Assembly (NCBI RefSeq): GCF_006345805.1
Contig: NC_043004.1
Span: forward strand, 64,542,001-64,606,000
DNA from: Octopus sinensis
Lineage: Eukaryota
DNA length: 64,000 nucleotides
Reading direction: 5' to 3'
Each line of letters starts with the position of its first letter. Position 1 is the first letter of the stretch. The position numbers and the translations under genes are program-made. Positions 52,610-64,000 of the stretch are shown here, in pieces. The notes beneath the pieces are model-generated. The model saw only the letters and a program-made list of their open reading frames with translations. It was not told the origin of the DNA and did not search any database.

Positions 52610-53003
52610 ATTCTTTACTCATTTGAATCATTGGACTGTGGCCAGTCATGGGCACTGCCTTGAAGTGTTTAGTAGAGCAAGTCAAATCCTGTAATTATTT
52701 TTAAAACCTGGTACTTGTTCTATTGGATTTTTTTGCCAAACTGCTAAGTTACAGGGACATAAACACACAAACACTGGTCAAGCAGTAGTCACAAACACAA
52801 GGATACACACATATACGCACGTATATAGGTGTAGATATATAACGGGCTTCTTTCAGTTTCCATCTACCAAATCCACTCATAATGCCTTGGTCAGCCCAAG
52901 GTTATAGTAGAAGACATTTACCCAAGGAGCCACACAGTGGGACTGAACCTGAAACCATGTGGTTGGAAACAAGCTTCTTACCAGGCAGCCACACCTGTAC
53001 TTA
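52610..53003 (-). mobile_element. Older, diverged SINE family A
   Basis: GGGCTTCTTTCAGTTTCC...CCCAAGG...GGGACTGAACC. Confidence 0.75.
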
Positions 53004-53364
53004 GCTGTGTGTTTTGGACAATAAAGTCTCCTCAGTACACTTGTACCAGAAGTTTGTAGATTCTGATATATATAACAGCCTGATATATATAACACAAAGA
53101 CTGGATTCTTGCAAAAGGGACCAGAGAAGGGGTTACAATCACAAAGGAAGAATTACACCATCGCAGATTGTTCAATAGCCTCTTACACCTGTTTTAGGAC
53201 AGATAGAAAAACTCTTTCAGTTCCAATCTTCCAGGCAGAGCTGAAGCATTAAACTTTCCATTCACGGTAGGTCTTCAGTTTACCCTACTCTCATCTCCCT
53301 CCCATACATTGATAATAAATCCCTGGTATTGCATACATTTTATGGGAAAAAAACCCTTCTCAGG

Positions 53365-53720
53365 GCAATATTCTATGGAAGACCTTCTCAGCAATAACAA
53401 AACTGATACAGCACATATTTTGATATGGAAGACATAAGGCACAATAACAGTAGTGTCTCAGTACACATGCTATGGAAGACCTTCTCAACAGTAACACAGT
53501 ATTTGTATTGCATTCTATTGAAAATCTCAACAGAATGACAATGCTCACCTAATGCATCCTATGAAAGACCCTCTTATCAGAATGATCCATTTAATCCAAC
53601 CTATATTCTATGGAAAATCATCACAACATAATGACATATGAGCCAGCACACAATCTATGGAAGACCTTCTCAACACAATGAGAATTAACCTAGCATTACC
53701 GTCTGTGAAAGACCTGACCC
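53365..53720. repeat. Degenerate minisatellite, about 8 units of ~47 bp
   Basis: CTATGGAAGACCTTCTCA-like anchors recur near 53372, 53425, 53470, 53515, 53559, 53608, 53655 and 53703. Confidence 0.7.
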
Positions 53721-53725
53721 AGCAT

Positions 53726-54008
53726 GTTTGTTCTTTCTCGAGCCAGCCTGGCTCATAGGGCTGGTTTCCCAGTTTCCTTGGCGTATAGGTTCCCCACCTG
53801 GACAGGACGCCGGTCCGTCGCAGGTGAGCTGCGAGATGCAGGAGGAAGGAGTGAGAGAAAGTTGTCGCGAAAGAGTCAGCAGAAATTTGCCATACCTTCT
53901 GCCAGAGCTGTGTGGAGCTTAGGTGTTTCGCTGATAAACACACATATTGCCCGGTCTGAGATTCGAACCCGTGATCCCTCGACTCAAGTCCACTACTCTA
54001 ATCACTAG
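53726..54008 (-). mobile_element. tRNA-derived SINE, family D (5' few nt missing)
   Basis: Aligns end to end with 1322-1610. Confidence 0.85.
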
Positions 54009-54077
54009 TACCAGCATGCTTTCTAGCAAACACATTCAAGACAGCAGTAATTTAGATGTTATACAAAAGCAATATCA

Positions 54078-54420
54078 TCATCATCATTATCATTTAACAT
54101 CCACTTTCCATGCTGGCATGGGTTAGATGGTTTGACTGAAAACCTGGTCAGCTGGAGAGCTGCACTGGGCTCCAGTCTGATTTGGTTTGGTTTCTACAGC
54201 TGGATGCCCTTCCTAACGCCAGCCACTCCAAGAATGTAATGGGTGCTTTTTACATGTCACTGGCACAGGTGCCATTTACACGACACCGATAATGGCCAGG
54301 GTTATGATTTCATTTGGCATCACTGGCAACGACCATGATAAAGGTTTCACTTGGCTTAATGAGTCTTCTCTGCTCAGCATATTGCAAATGGTTTCAGTCT
54401 CTTGTCATCCCTTCTGTGAC
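54078..54420 (-). mobile_element. Family C retroposon
   Basis: (CAT)n, TTCCATGCTGGCATGGG and CAGCTGGATGCCCTTCC. Confidence 0.75.
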
Positions 54421-54604
54421 ACCCAGCATGACAAAAAGAAAAAAAAAAAAGAAACAGGAAGAAACAGTTGTTCTGCTCCCTAACATACTCCCTAACATAG
54501 GGGATTAGCTGTAAGCCAGTCACAAAAAGAAACTAACTTTATTGCACATGTCTCAAGAACAGAGACATGCATGATTTAACACAGTGAAACCCTAACCTGA
54601 TATC

Positions 54605-55009
54605 ATTCTTTTACTTGTTTCAGTCATTTGACTGTGGCCATGCTGGAGCACCACCTTTAGTCGAGCAAATCGACCCCAGGACTTATTCTTTGTAAGCCTA
54701 GTACTTATTCTATCAGTCTCTTTTGCCAAACCACTAAGTTACGGAGACGTAAACACACAAGCATCGGTTATCAAGCGATGTTGGGGGGGACAAACACAGG
54801 CACACAGACATATACACACACATACATATATATACACATATATACGATGGGCTTCTTTCAGTTTCCATGTACCAAATCTACTCACAAGGCTTTGGTCGGC
54901 CCAAGGCTATAGTAGAAGACACTTGCCCAAGGTACCACGCAGAGGGAATGAACCTGGAACCATGTGGTTTGTAAGCAAGCTACTTACCACACAGCCACTC
55001 CTGCACCTA
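54605..55009 (-). mobile_element. SINE family A, full length
   Basis: Complete head, microsatellite and tail. Confidence 0.9.
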
Positions 55010-55240
55010 AGATGATGTTGACAATAATGATTTCAAATTTTGGCACAAGGCCAGCAAGTTCAGAGGAGGGGATAAGTTAATTACATCAACCCCAGTATGC
55101 AACTGGTACTCATTTGATCGACCCTGAAAGGAGGAAAGGCAGAGTGGACCTTGATGGAATTTGAACACAGAACATAAAGATGGGTGAAACGCATCTAAGC
55201 ATTTTGCCTGGCATGCTAATGATCCTGTCAGCTCACCACC
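55010..55240 (-). mobile_element. SINE family B
   Basis: GGAATTTGAAC (box B complement) and CAGCTCACCACC (head complement). Confidence 0.75.
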
Positions 55241-55599
55241 TTGTTCAAGGTGCCACACAGTGGGACTGAAGCTGGAACAAGGCCATTAATTTTGAGGGAA
55301 GGGGTTCTACTTTGTAGCATCAACCCCTATACTTGACTGGTGCTTATTTGATCAACCCTGAAAGGATGAAAAGCAATGTTAATCTCAGTGGTATTTGAAC
55401 TCAGGATGTAGAGAGTAAAGCATCTTTTCCAATGCTCTAACTCACTACCTGAAGGGTTCCTAACTTAGGCACAGGGCATCAAGCTAGCAGAATTCTTAGC
55501 ATGCTGGGCAAAATATTTCAGCGGTATATAAAGTTCAAATTCAGCTGAGGTCGATTTTACCTTCAATTCTTTCAGGGGTTGATAAATCAAGTACTAGTT

Positions 55600-55830
55600 A
55601 TTTCTTTACAGCCCACAAGGGGCTGAATATAGAGGGGACAAACAAGGACAACAAAGGGATTAAATGTTTACATCGACCCCAGTGCACAACTGGTACTCTA
55701 TTTATCAACCCCGAAAGGATGAAAGGCAAAGTCGACCTCGGTGGAATTTGAACTCAGAAGATATCAGCAGACGAAATACCACGAAGCAATCCACCGGGTG
55801 TGCTAACCACTCCGCCAGCTCCTCGCCGAC
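55600..55830 (-). mobile_element. SINE family B
   Basis: Aligns with 6371-6602. Confidence 0.8.
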
Positions 55831-57139
55831 CCTTTTTTCTTTTTTTTTTTACTAGTGGAATACTGGGGTCGATGTTATTGACTAGTCTCCTTCCCCCAAG
55901 ATTTACCTTGTACCTTTAGTAAAAAGGATTATTATAATGATAATAATGATTATCTTTGACTATGTGTAATAATAATAAAGTTACTTCTGGCCACACTGGG
56001 GCACATACACACAAACATTTCTTTTTTTTAATCTTTTACTTGTTTCAGTCATTGGACTGCAACCAGGTTGGGTTTCTAGAAGTTTCTCTCTCTAACTCTC
56101 TTGGGTGTTCATACAAAAGTACCAAGCTGTAAATCACTCTTACAAAATACATCAAGGTAATGCTAAACAACAACAACAACAACCGCAATAATAATAATAA
56201 TAATACCAATAATAATAATAATAAACTTCTCTTTTCTAAGACTTTGACCTAAGCTCTGGATCACTCACAGTAATAATAAGGTTTTATCCTGTTCTACTTT
56301 GCTTTTTCCCTTCTTTCTCTCCTTTGCCCTCTTACTTTTCATTGTCTATGCCAGTTGAGGGCTTGATACCTGATACACACACACACACACACTTTCATAT
56401 ACTCACACGTACATACATACATACACACAAACAGCTTGGACAGATGAATGGAAGAATAGAGCCCAGCTGCTAAACTGCTGTCCTGCAGCTGTTTTGCTCC
56501 TGTTGTCTTGTCTGAGGGTGACACCTTTTGGTGTTGTGTGGTGTTTTTCATAGCAGTAGCTAGCAGTGGTGGTGGTGAAGGCGGTGGTAGCGGCAGCAGC
56601 AGCAGCGGTGGTGGTGGTGGTGGTGGTGGTGGTAGCGGTGTTAAGTGATGGTAGTGGTGAGTGAGTGAGGTGTGAAGTCAGTGTGATTGGTCTGAGACCA
56701 TGGAAGAAAGGTGTGAAGGAAAAATAACAATAAAGGTTTTCTTGAACAGATGACAGAATGTTGATAAGTGCTCATTCATTCTATACACACACACACACAC
56801 ACACACACACTCTCTCTCTCTCTCTCTCTACCTGAATCACATACACACACATACAATCTTACAAAACACACACACACATACATAATTTATTTATGGTTGT
56901 CTGTGATATTTGATGTTGATCATCTTCTCCCTCAGCTGTGGATCCTTTAATAATAACTGTTCTTCTTAAAGAGCAGCAGCAACAAAGGACAGGATACAGC
57001 TATGCAACAACCAGAAAACTATCTGCAGCCACCTCTGCTACCCCTCCTATGTACCCTCACACATGAGGAATCGTAGAAGTGCAACAACATTTTGTAAACA
57101 AGCTTTGGCAACGTTGAATGTATTTTGTATTTTACAGAC

Positions 57140-57251
57140 TGGCTGTGTGGTAAGTAGCTTTCTTACCAACCACATGGTTCCAGGTTCAGTCCCACTACGT
57201 GGCACCTTGGGCAAGTGTCTTCTACTATTGCCTCAGGCCATCGTATATATG

Positions 57252-57334
<83 letters not shown>

Positions 57335-57536
57335 CTGTGTTTGTCCCCCCAGCATCACTTGACAACCGACACTGGTGTGTTTACGTCCCTGTAACTTAGC
57401 AGTTCGGCAAAAGAGACCCATAGAATAAGTACTGGGCTTACAAAGAATAAGTCCTGGGGTCGATTTACTCGACTAAAGGTGGTGTTCCAGCATGGCCTCA
57501 GTCAAATGACTGAAACAAGTAAAAGAGTAAAGAGTA
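57140..57536 (+). mobile_element. SINE family A
   Basis: TGGCTGTGTGGTAAG...GAAACAAGTAAAAGAGTAAAGAG. Confidence 0.9.
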
Positions 57537-57896
57537 ACATTTCAAACACAGTAAAATACCCAATCTTTCTGCTGTTTTCATGGCTTTACTGCATTCAAAA
57601 TATTACTTTTTTGTCTGTAATATTGATAGAAATGTTAGCCTTTTGTGAGAGCTGAGACATTTGATACTCTGACTACAGCAACAATAGCGTTTTCGTCTGA
57701 GCTTTGTAATCTATAGTCCACATTGGAAGAAAAAATATTGATGCAGTGAAGCTCTATAGTGGCATTGGCTCTGCACATTTTCCCAAATCACTAACTGAGA
57801 TGGAGATAGACCCAATTATAAGAGTAGCCCAAAATGACTGCAATCTACTGCAGGGTGTTGATTATTTTATTTCTCAGGGTGTACTCCCTTAGCTTT

Positions 57897-58102
57897 TTAA
57901 CCCTTTAGTAGATTATTCTATCCAATGTAATGTTTATTTATTTGCATTGTTTTGAGTTAACCATGAGTTTCAATGATGCGATTATTTATTTTCAGAATGA
58001 CATTACAGGGTAGGTGTAAGAGGCTGAATATGGCCAGTCCCAACATAAAGCCAGCAGCATATTTGGGCCAGACATGGCTAGTTTTAAATGCTGAAGGGTT
58101 AG
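57897..58102. mobile_element. TTAA-flanked MITE (piggyBac-like)
   Basis: TTAA|CCCTTTAG ... CTGAAGGG|TTAG. Confidence 0.65.
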
Positions 58103-59999
58103 ATTGCTGGACTCACCCACAAGGTAGCAGAGCAGGGATTTATAAAACATCAGGACTTATCCACAAGTGCTGGCCAGCACACTGTTTCTCAGGGGCCCAT
58201 TGATACTCCAAGATCCCCTACCAAGTTAGCCTGGGTCAAAAGGGGAGCCAATTGCTATGTGTAAGACTGCAGGAAGGCCCAACAGGAGGTCTTGGGGAAG
58301 AAAAGGGTTGGTATTGGCTGGGATGATCCCCACACCAGGCTGCTTCCCACTTCACCACGCTGCATGGCCTACCTAGGCAGCTGTAGTGAGTGGCAAGCAA
58401 GAAGGTTGCAAGCACTACTATGCTGGGCACAGCACATCACCCTATATATTTCTACACATTCACACACACACACATGCATATATTAGTGTCTCACACATAC
58501 ACATATGCTCACACTATTCTACTCATATACACATGCTCATCTCACTGATACACACACATACATTATTTGGAAAATGTTGTTACATTCTAACATCCAGTCA
58601 ATACTCACGACATGGGTTAACATCTTTAGAGCACTCTGTCTGTATGTGTGTATGTATTTAGGTACGTATGTATGTGTGTTGTTGCTATTATGCAAAAGTG
58701 TCGTAAGTCCAAAACGTTGCTTTTTAAGAAAACAAAGAACTAGTTTCACCATTCCATAGCAAAACCATTGTACTACACTTTGACAATTTTTGATATCTTG
58801 GCATCTGAAGTAGCTGGAGATACAATAGTTTGACCAAAAGAACCAGCTATTGCAAGCAAAAATAAATATTGAACAAAAAAAACTCAGTTGGCCAAATTTG
58901 AACATACGACAGTTTAACTTAATAGCGATGATGTACACACACACATACACATATCTAAAACAAATTTGTGAGTTATATATATATAAACATGATCAATGGT
59001 AAAATCATGAGAGTATCAGACAAAAAAAAGTTGGCTCTAAGTATTTGTTCTTTACCCTGGGTTCAAATCCTGCTGAGGTCAACTTTGACTTTTGGTCCTT
59101 GAGTCACTTTCAATTAAATATATATATAAGCAGATGAATATATATGTGTGGTGTGTGTGCGTGTTGATAAATTATGATATGTCAGAAGAAAAGTCATTGA
59201 CAGTTTTTATATGATATGATGTCATGATTATGTAATTAACTACAATACTTTAATTCCTTTTGTTGTTCTCTTTAAGTCTTAATTAGGCTGAATTCTTGTT
59301 TAACTTGAATACATTTAATCCAAGTTAACAGTGCCTGTATTAACCAGCTTAAAGTGATAGAAATAACAAGAATGACAAGCATAGTATTTGTAATATCATA
59401 AGACAAAGTGAAAATGTTAAGACGAGTAAGATTATAAAATAGAATTTGGTGAAGAACCTGTTTGATGAATTACTCATAGAAAGCTTCACATATGAGGAAA
59501 TGAAAAGCCCTTTGCATGGAGGTGGAATTTCAAATGTATTCTATTTTCTGATGAAAATGCTAAAAAAAAAGATGCATCAGTTTAATGTTTTTACTGTGAA
59601 AATCAGATATCCACTTGAAATTTCATTGCCTTTAACTGCAGAAAGCAGTTTTATATTGCAGCCTGTCTTTTGTTGAGGAATGCCATGTTTGAAACTACTT
59701 TTTTTTGAGATATTTCAAGTTTATTGCAGCTACATGACTGGCAGAAAATACCAATTCTAGTTTTTGGTAGATATTTAACATCATCACTGGAATAACCACG
59801 AAATTTAATTTCGCAGTTAAAGGATTAAGATTAAGGATCACAAAACATTGTATTCTTTTGAATTTGTGAAGTCAAAGCTTCATTTTTTTTTTCTTTCTCA
59901 GTAAAAGTACAACCTTAATTCTTATGCAATTGAAATTCATCCCGGGAACTAAAATAGGTTGCATCACTCCTTGCTTTAAAAGGGTAAATAATAGAATTG

Positions 60000-60325
60000 A
60001 TTGAACAGAGAGTGGTGATTTAATATCGAAAACTGTGAACCTATTGACGAACGTCCAAGAGAGTAAGAACTCAAAACTCAATAAAAAATTGCGTTACGTA
60101 AGGCATCTACTGTCTGCAAGTTTCTAATAAATGTTGATTCTTGTAGGGGAAAATTTGAAAAATACAACAGATAATCAGTGGCTGCGAAAATGCTAGACCG
60201 AAAATGACTATAAAAATGAGCATGACAAAGGGTGGTGCCACATTCTTCATCGAAACCTATGTCAATAATATGGATTTCAAGTCTCTGTGTTGTAAATTGG
60301 TTCCAATATGTAATTGAAAATGTGT
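60000..60325 (+). pseudogene. Relic of a restriction-like-endonuclease (R2/R4-type) non-LTR retrotransposon ORF
   Basis: The fragments SGDLISKTVNLLTNVQE, IISGC, DYKNEHDK..ILHRNLCQ*YGF and NWFQYVIENV recall the CCHC knuckle, RHD and W.E...EN region that precedes the RLE domain. Heavily decayed. Confidence 0.55.
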
Positions 60326-61298
60326 AAAAAAGAAGATAAAAAAGAGAGTAAGAGAGAGAAAAAAATGAAAGACCAATATATATATATGTATGTATATATG
60401 TGTATATATGTTTGTATATAGGTATGTATGTACATATATATATATATATATATATATAATGGGATTTCCACATCCAGATGGAAGAATTTATATCACATAG
60501 AAAGTATGAGATATTGTAGTCATCAATAAAAGAAAGCAATGAATGCTTTATAATTGATAATGGAATAGCTGGGGACTACATTATTGTAGATTTCTTAAAA
60601 GAATTTTGAAAAACGAAATTGGTAACTACAGAGAGCTTAGGTTAGAAGTTCACAAGAAGAAGTAAGAGGAGAGGGAAGAAGCTTTCATTCAATTTGCTAG
60701 AAGCTTCCATTCTTTCCTCAAATAGCTATGAAGGAAAAAAAAAAAAAAAATAAAGCAGCAGCAGTAGTAGCAGCAGCAACAACAAACACTATAGAAATAT
60801 CTGCATTGCATGGAATTGGCTATACCCTAAGGAAAATACTTTGTATCTGAATTCTTCAGACATTTCACTTTCTCATAGTCAACACTTTTAACCATCATGT
60901 GAGCATCTCATAAAAAAAATATATGATAATTAAAATGAGTCTCAGAATGGCAAGCACTGCAAAGAACAAGCAACTTTCTTTTATTGTTGCTGTTGTTGTT
61001 TCCTAAGTCTTTGATAAAGTTTCAATTCTCAGCTGATACCATGCTTAACATAGTTTACATTTGTAATAATCCTCTTGAGAAAGTCTTGAACATCACACAA
61101 TCTCCAGTTCTCTGCTGCTATCCACTCAAGATACCTCAGACTTTTGAATAGGAAATTACGAAATATATTAATTTTTCCAAGATTGTTGTACAATATGTAA
61201 AAATATATTTCATTTATTCAAACCACATATATTTTATATGTTTAAATGGAATATATTTTATTTAAATGGAATATATTTTTACACACACACATGCACAG

Positions 61299-61346
<48 letters not shown>

Positions 61347-61351
<5 letters not shown>

Positions 61352-61602
61352 CAAAAACGGTAAGATAACAAAAGAAAGAAAGAGACCTCAATATTATGTA
61401 AATAGAGGAAATTTATCTATGAAATAATATGTTACATTTACTCAATAGTCAAGATATTGAGTTTCAGATGCCGAAGTGGAAATCCACAACACCATCTCTT
61501 CGGTTATCTGGCTAACCGAAGAGATGGTGTTGTGGATTTCCACTTCGGCATCTGAAACTCAGAGTTTTATATTGACTATTGAGTAAATGTAACATATTAT
61601 TT
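61347..61602. repeat. Fold-back element: 49-bp perfect inner arms, 6-nt loop, ~31-bp outer arms
   Basis: 61458-61506 is the exact reverse complement of 61513-61561; the outer arms are 61422-61452 and 61572-61602. It is embedded in TA tracts. Confidence 0.9.
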
Positions 61603-61629
61603 TAGATATATATATATTATATATATATA

Positions 61630-61683
<54 letters not shown>

Positions 61684-61752
61684 GTATTATATATATATAT
61701 GTTATATATATATATGTATATATATATATTATATATATATTATATATAATAT

Positions 61753-61787
<35 letters not shown>

Positions 61788-61827
61788 TATTATATATATA
61801 TATATGTATATGTATATATAGTATATG

Positions 61828-61892
<65 letters not shown>

Positions 61893-62051
61893 GTATATAT
61901 ATATGTATATATTATAAATATGTATATATATATATATGTATAATATATATGTATATATATATATGTATATATATATATGTATATATATATATAGTATATA
62001 TATATATATGTATTATATATATATATGTATATATATATGTATATATATATG

Positions 62052-62100
<49 letters not shown>

Positions 62101-62106
62101 TATATG

Positions 62107-62156
<50 letters not shown>

Positions 62157-62176
62157 ATGTATATATATTATATATG

Positions 62177-62213
<37 letters not shown>

Positions 62214-62244
62214 GTATATATTATATATATATGTATATATATAT

Positions 62245-62304
<60 letters not shown>

Positions 62305-62487
62305 TGTATATATATGGTAGATATATATATATGTATATTATATATATATATATATATGTATTAATATTATATGTATATATATATAGGTATATATATATAT
62401 ATGTATATATATATATGTATATATATATATATGTATATATATATATGAATATATGTATATGTATATATATGTATATGTATATATATG

Positions 62488-62521
<34 letters not shown>

Positions 62522-62903
62522 GTATATATATATATATATATGTATATATATGTATATATATTATAGTGTATATATATGTATATGTAATATATGTATATAT
62601 ATGTTATATATATATGTATATACACTCTACATCACGGAGTGGTTGGCGTTGGAAGGGATCCAGCTGTAGAAAACATTGCCAATTAGACTGGAGCCTGGTG
62701 CAGCCTTCTGGCTTCCAGAACCCGGTCGAACCGTCCAACCATGCTAGCATGGAGAACGGACGTTAAACGACGATGATGATGATGATATATATGTATATAT
62801 ATATGTATATATATATAATGTATATATATATATGTATATATATAGTATGTATATATATGTACATATATATAATTGTATATATTATATATAGTATATATAT
62901 ATG

Positions 62904-62934
<31 letters not shown>

Positions 62935-63039
62935 GTATATATATATGTATATGTATAATATGATATGTGTATATATATATATATGTATATATAATAATAT
63001 ATATGTATATATATATATATATGCATATATATATATATG

Positions 63040-63086
<47 letters not shown>

Positions 63087-63345
63087 GTATGTATATATAT
63101 ATATATTGTATATATATATGTATATATATGTATATTATATGTATATGTATATATATATGTATATGTATTATATATATGTATATATGTATATGTATATATA
63201 ATATTATATGTATATATATATGTATATGTATATATATATGTATATGTATATGTATATATATATGTATATATATATGTATATGTATATATATATGATATAT
63301 ATATATATATGCATATATATTATATATATATATGTATATATATAT

Positions 63346-63406
<61 letters not shown>

Positions 63407-63514
63407 TTATATGTATATATATATAATATATATATATATATGTATATATAGATATATATGTATATATATATATAGCATATATATATATATATGTATATAT
63501 ATATGTATATATAT

Positions 63515-63552
<38 letters not shown>

Positions 63553-63751
63553 TATGCATAATATATATATGTATTATATATATATATATATATATATGCA
63601 TATATATATATATATGTAATATATATATGTATATATTGTATATATATAGAGATATGCATATATATATATATATGTATATATATATGCATATATTATATAT
63701 ATATGTATATATATATGTATATGGATATGTATAGAATATATGGTATATATG

Positions 63752-63784
<33 letters not shown>

Positions 63785-64000
63785 GTATATATAATATATA
63801 GTATATATATACATATATAATAATATGTATATATAGGTATATAATAAATATGTATATATATGTATATATATACATATATATATATATGTATATATATGTA
63901 TATATATGTATATATATATATATGTATATATATGTATATATATATGGTATATTATATGTATATATATGTATATATATTATATATGTATATATATGTATAT
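61603..64000. repeat. ~2.4-kb (TA)n/(TATG)n microsatellite field
   Basis: Seen directly. Similar fields lie at 28975-29565 and 31590-31900. Confidence 0.95.
62625..62785 (+). mobile_element. Family C retroposon 3' part, inserted in the TA field
   Basis: CACGGAGTGGTTGGCGTTGGAAGGGATCCAGCTG...CCATGCTAGCATGGAGAACGGACGTTAAACGACGATGATGAT. Confidence 0.8.

Noticed and set aside
58100-58430. GC-richer island as an exon or a retroelement 5' UTR
   Set aside because: No motif or homology could be established by eye.
59440-59676. 76-aa non-repetitive ORF as a host exon
   Set aside because: No recognisable domain and weak splice signals; the length is expected by chance.
1-64000. Numerous ORFs rich in YI, HT, CV, SL, T or H runs (e.g. 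8976-9650, 49336-50034, 62967-63734)
   Set aside because: They are translations of di-, tri- and tetranucleotide microsatellites, with no domain motifs or splice context.

Overview
Repeat-dominated, AT-rich eukaryotic DNA, very probably octopus (coleoid cephalopod), judged from the SINE families and the extreme density of (TA)n, (CA)n, (GATA)n, (CT)n and trinucleotide microsatellites. I can support no intact host protein-coding exon, and almost all ORFs in the supplied track are microsatellite translation noise, so this reads as intergenic or deep intronic DNA. Recognisable content: (1) a near full-length but frameshifted RTE-clade LINE (35262-39407, +) with APE and RT domains and three C-terminal C2H2 fingers; (2) several Penelope-like element (PLE) insertions in (TA)n tracts with fold-back architecture, two with GIY-YIG endonuclease remnants; (3) three minimal type I hammerhead ribozyme motifs, including an inverted pair with a 55-nt stem II insertion at 29751-29836 (-) and 31445-31529 (+); (4) dozens of tRNA-derived SINE copies from at least four families; (5) Tc1/mariner, hAT-like, piggyBac-like and Helitron-like relics, and a relic of a restriction-like-endonuclease (R2/R4-type) LINE; (6) several long palindromes and minisatellites; (7) a 100-N assembly gap. 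The most interesting signal is the repeated fold-back organisation, several cases carrying ribozymes. All alignments and folds were done by eye.
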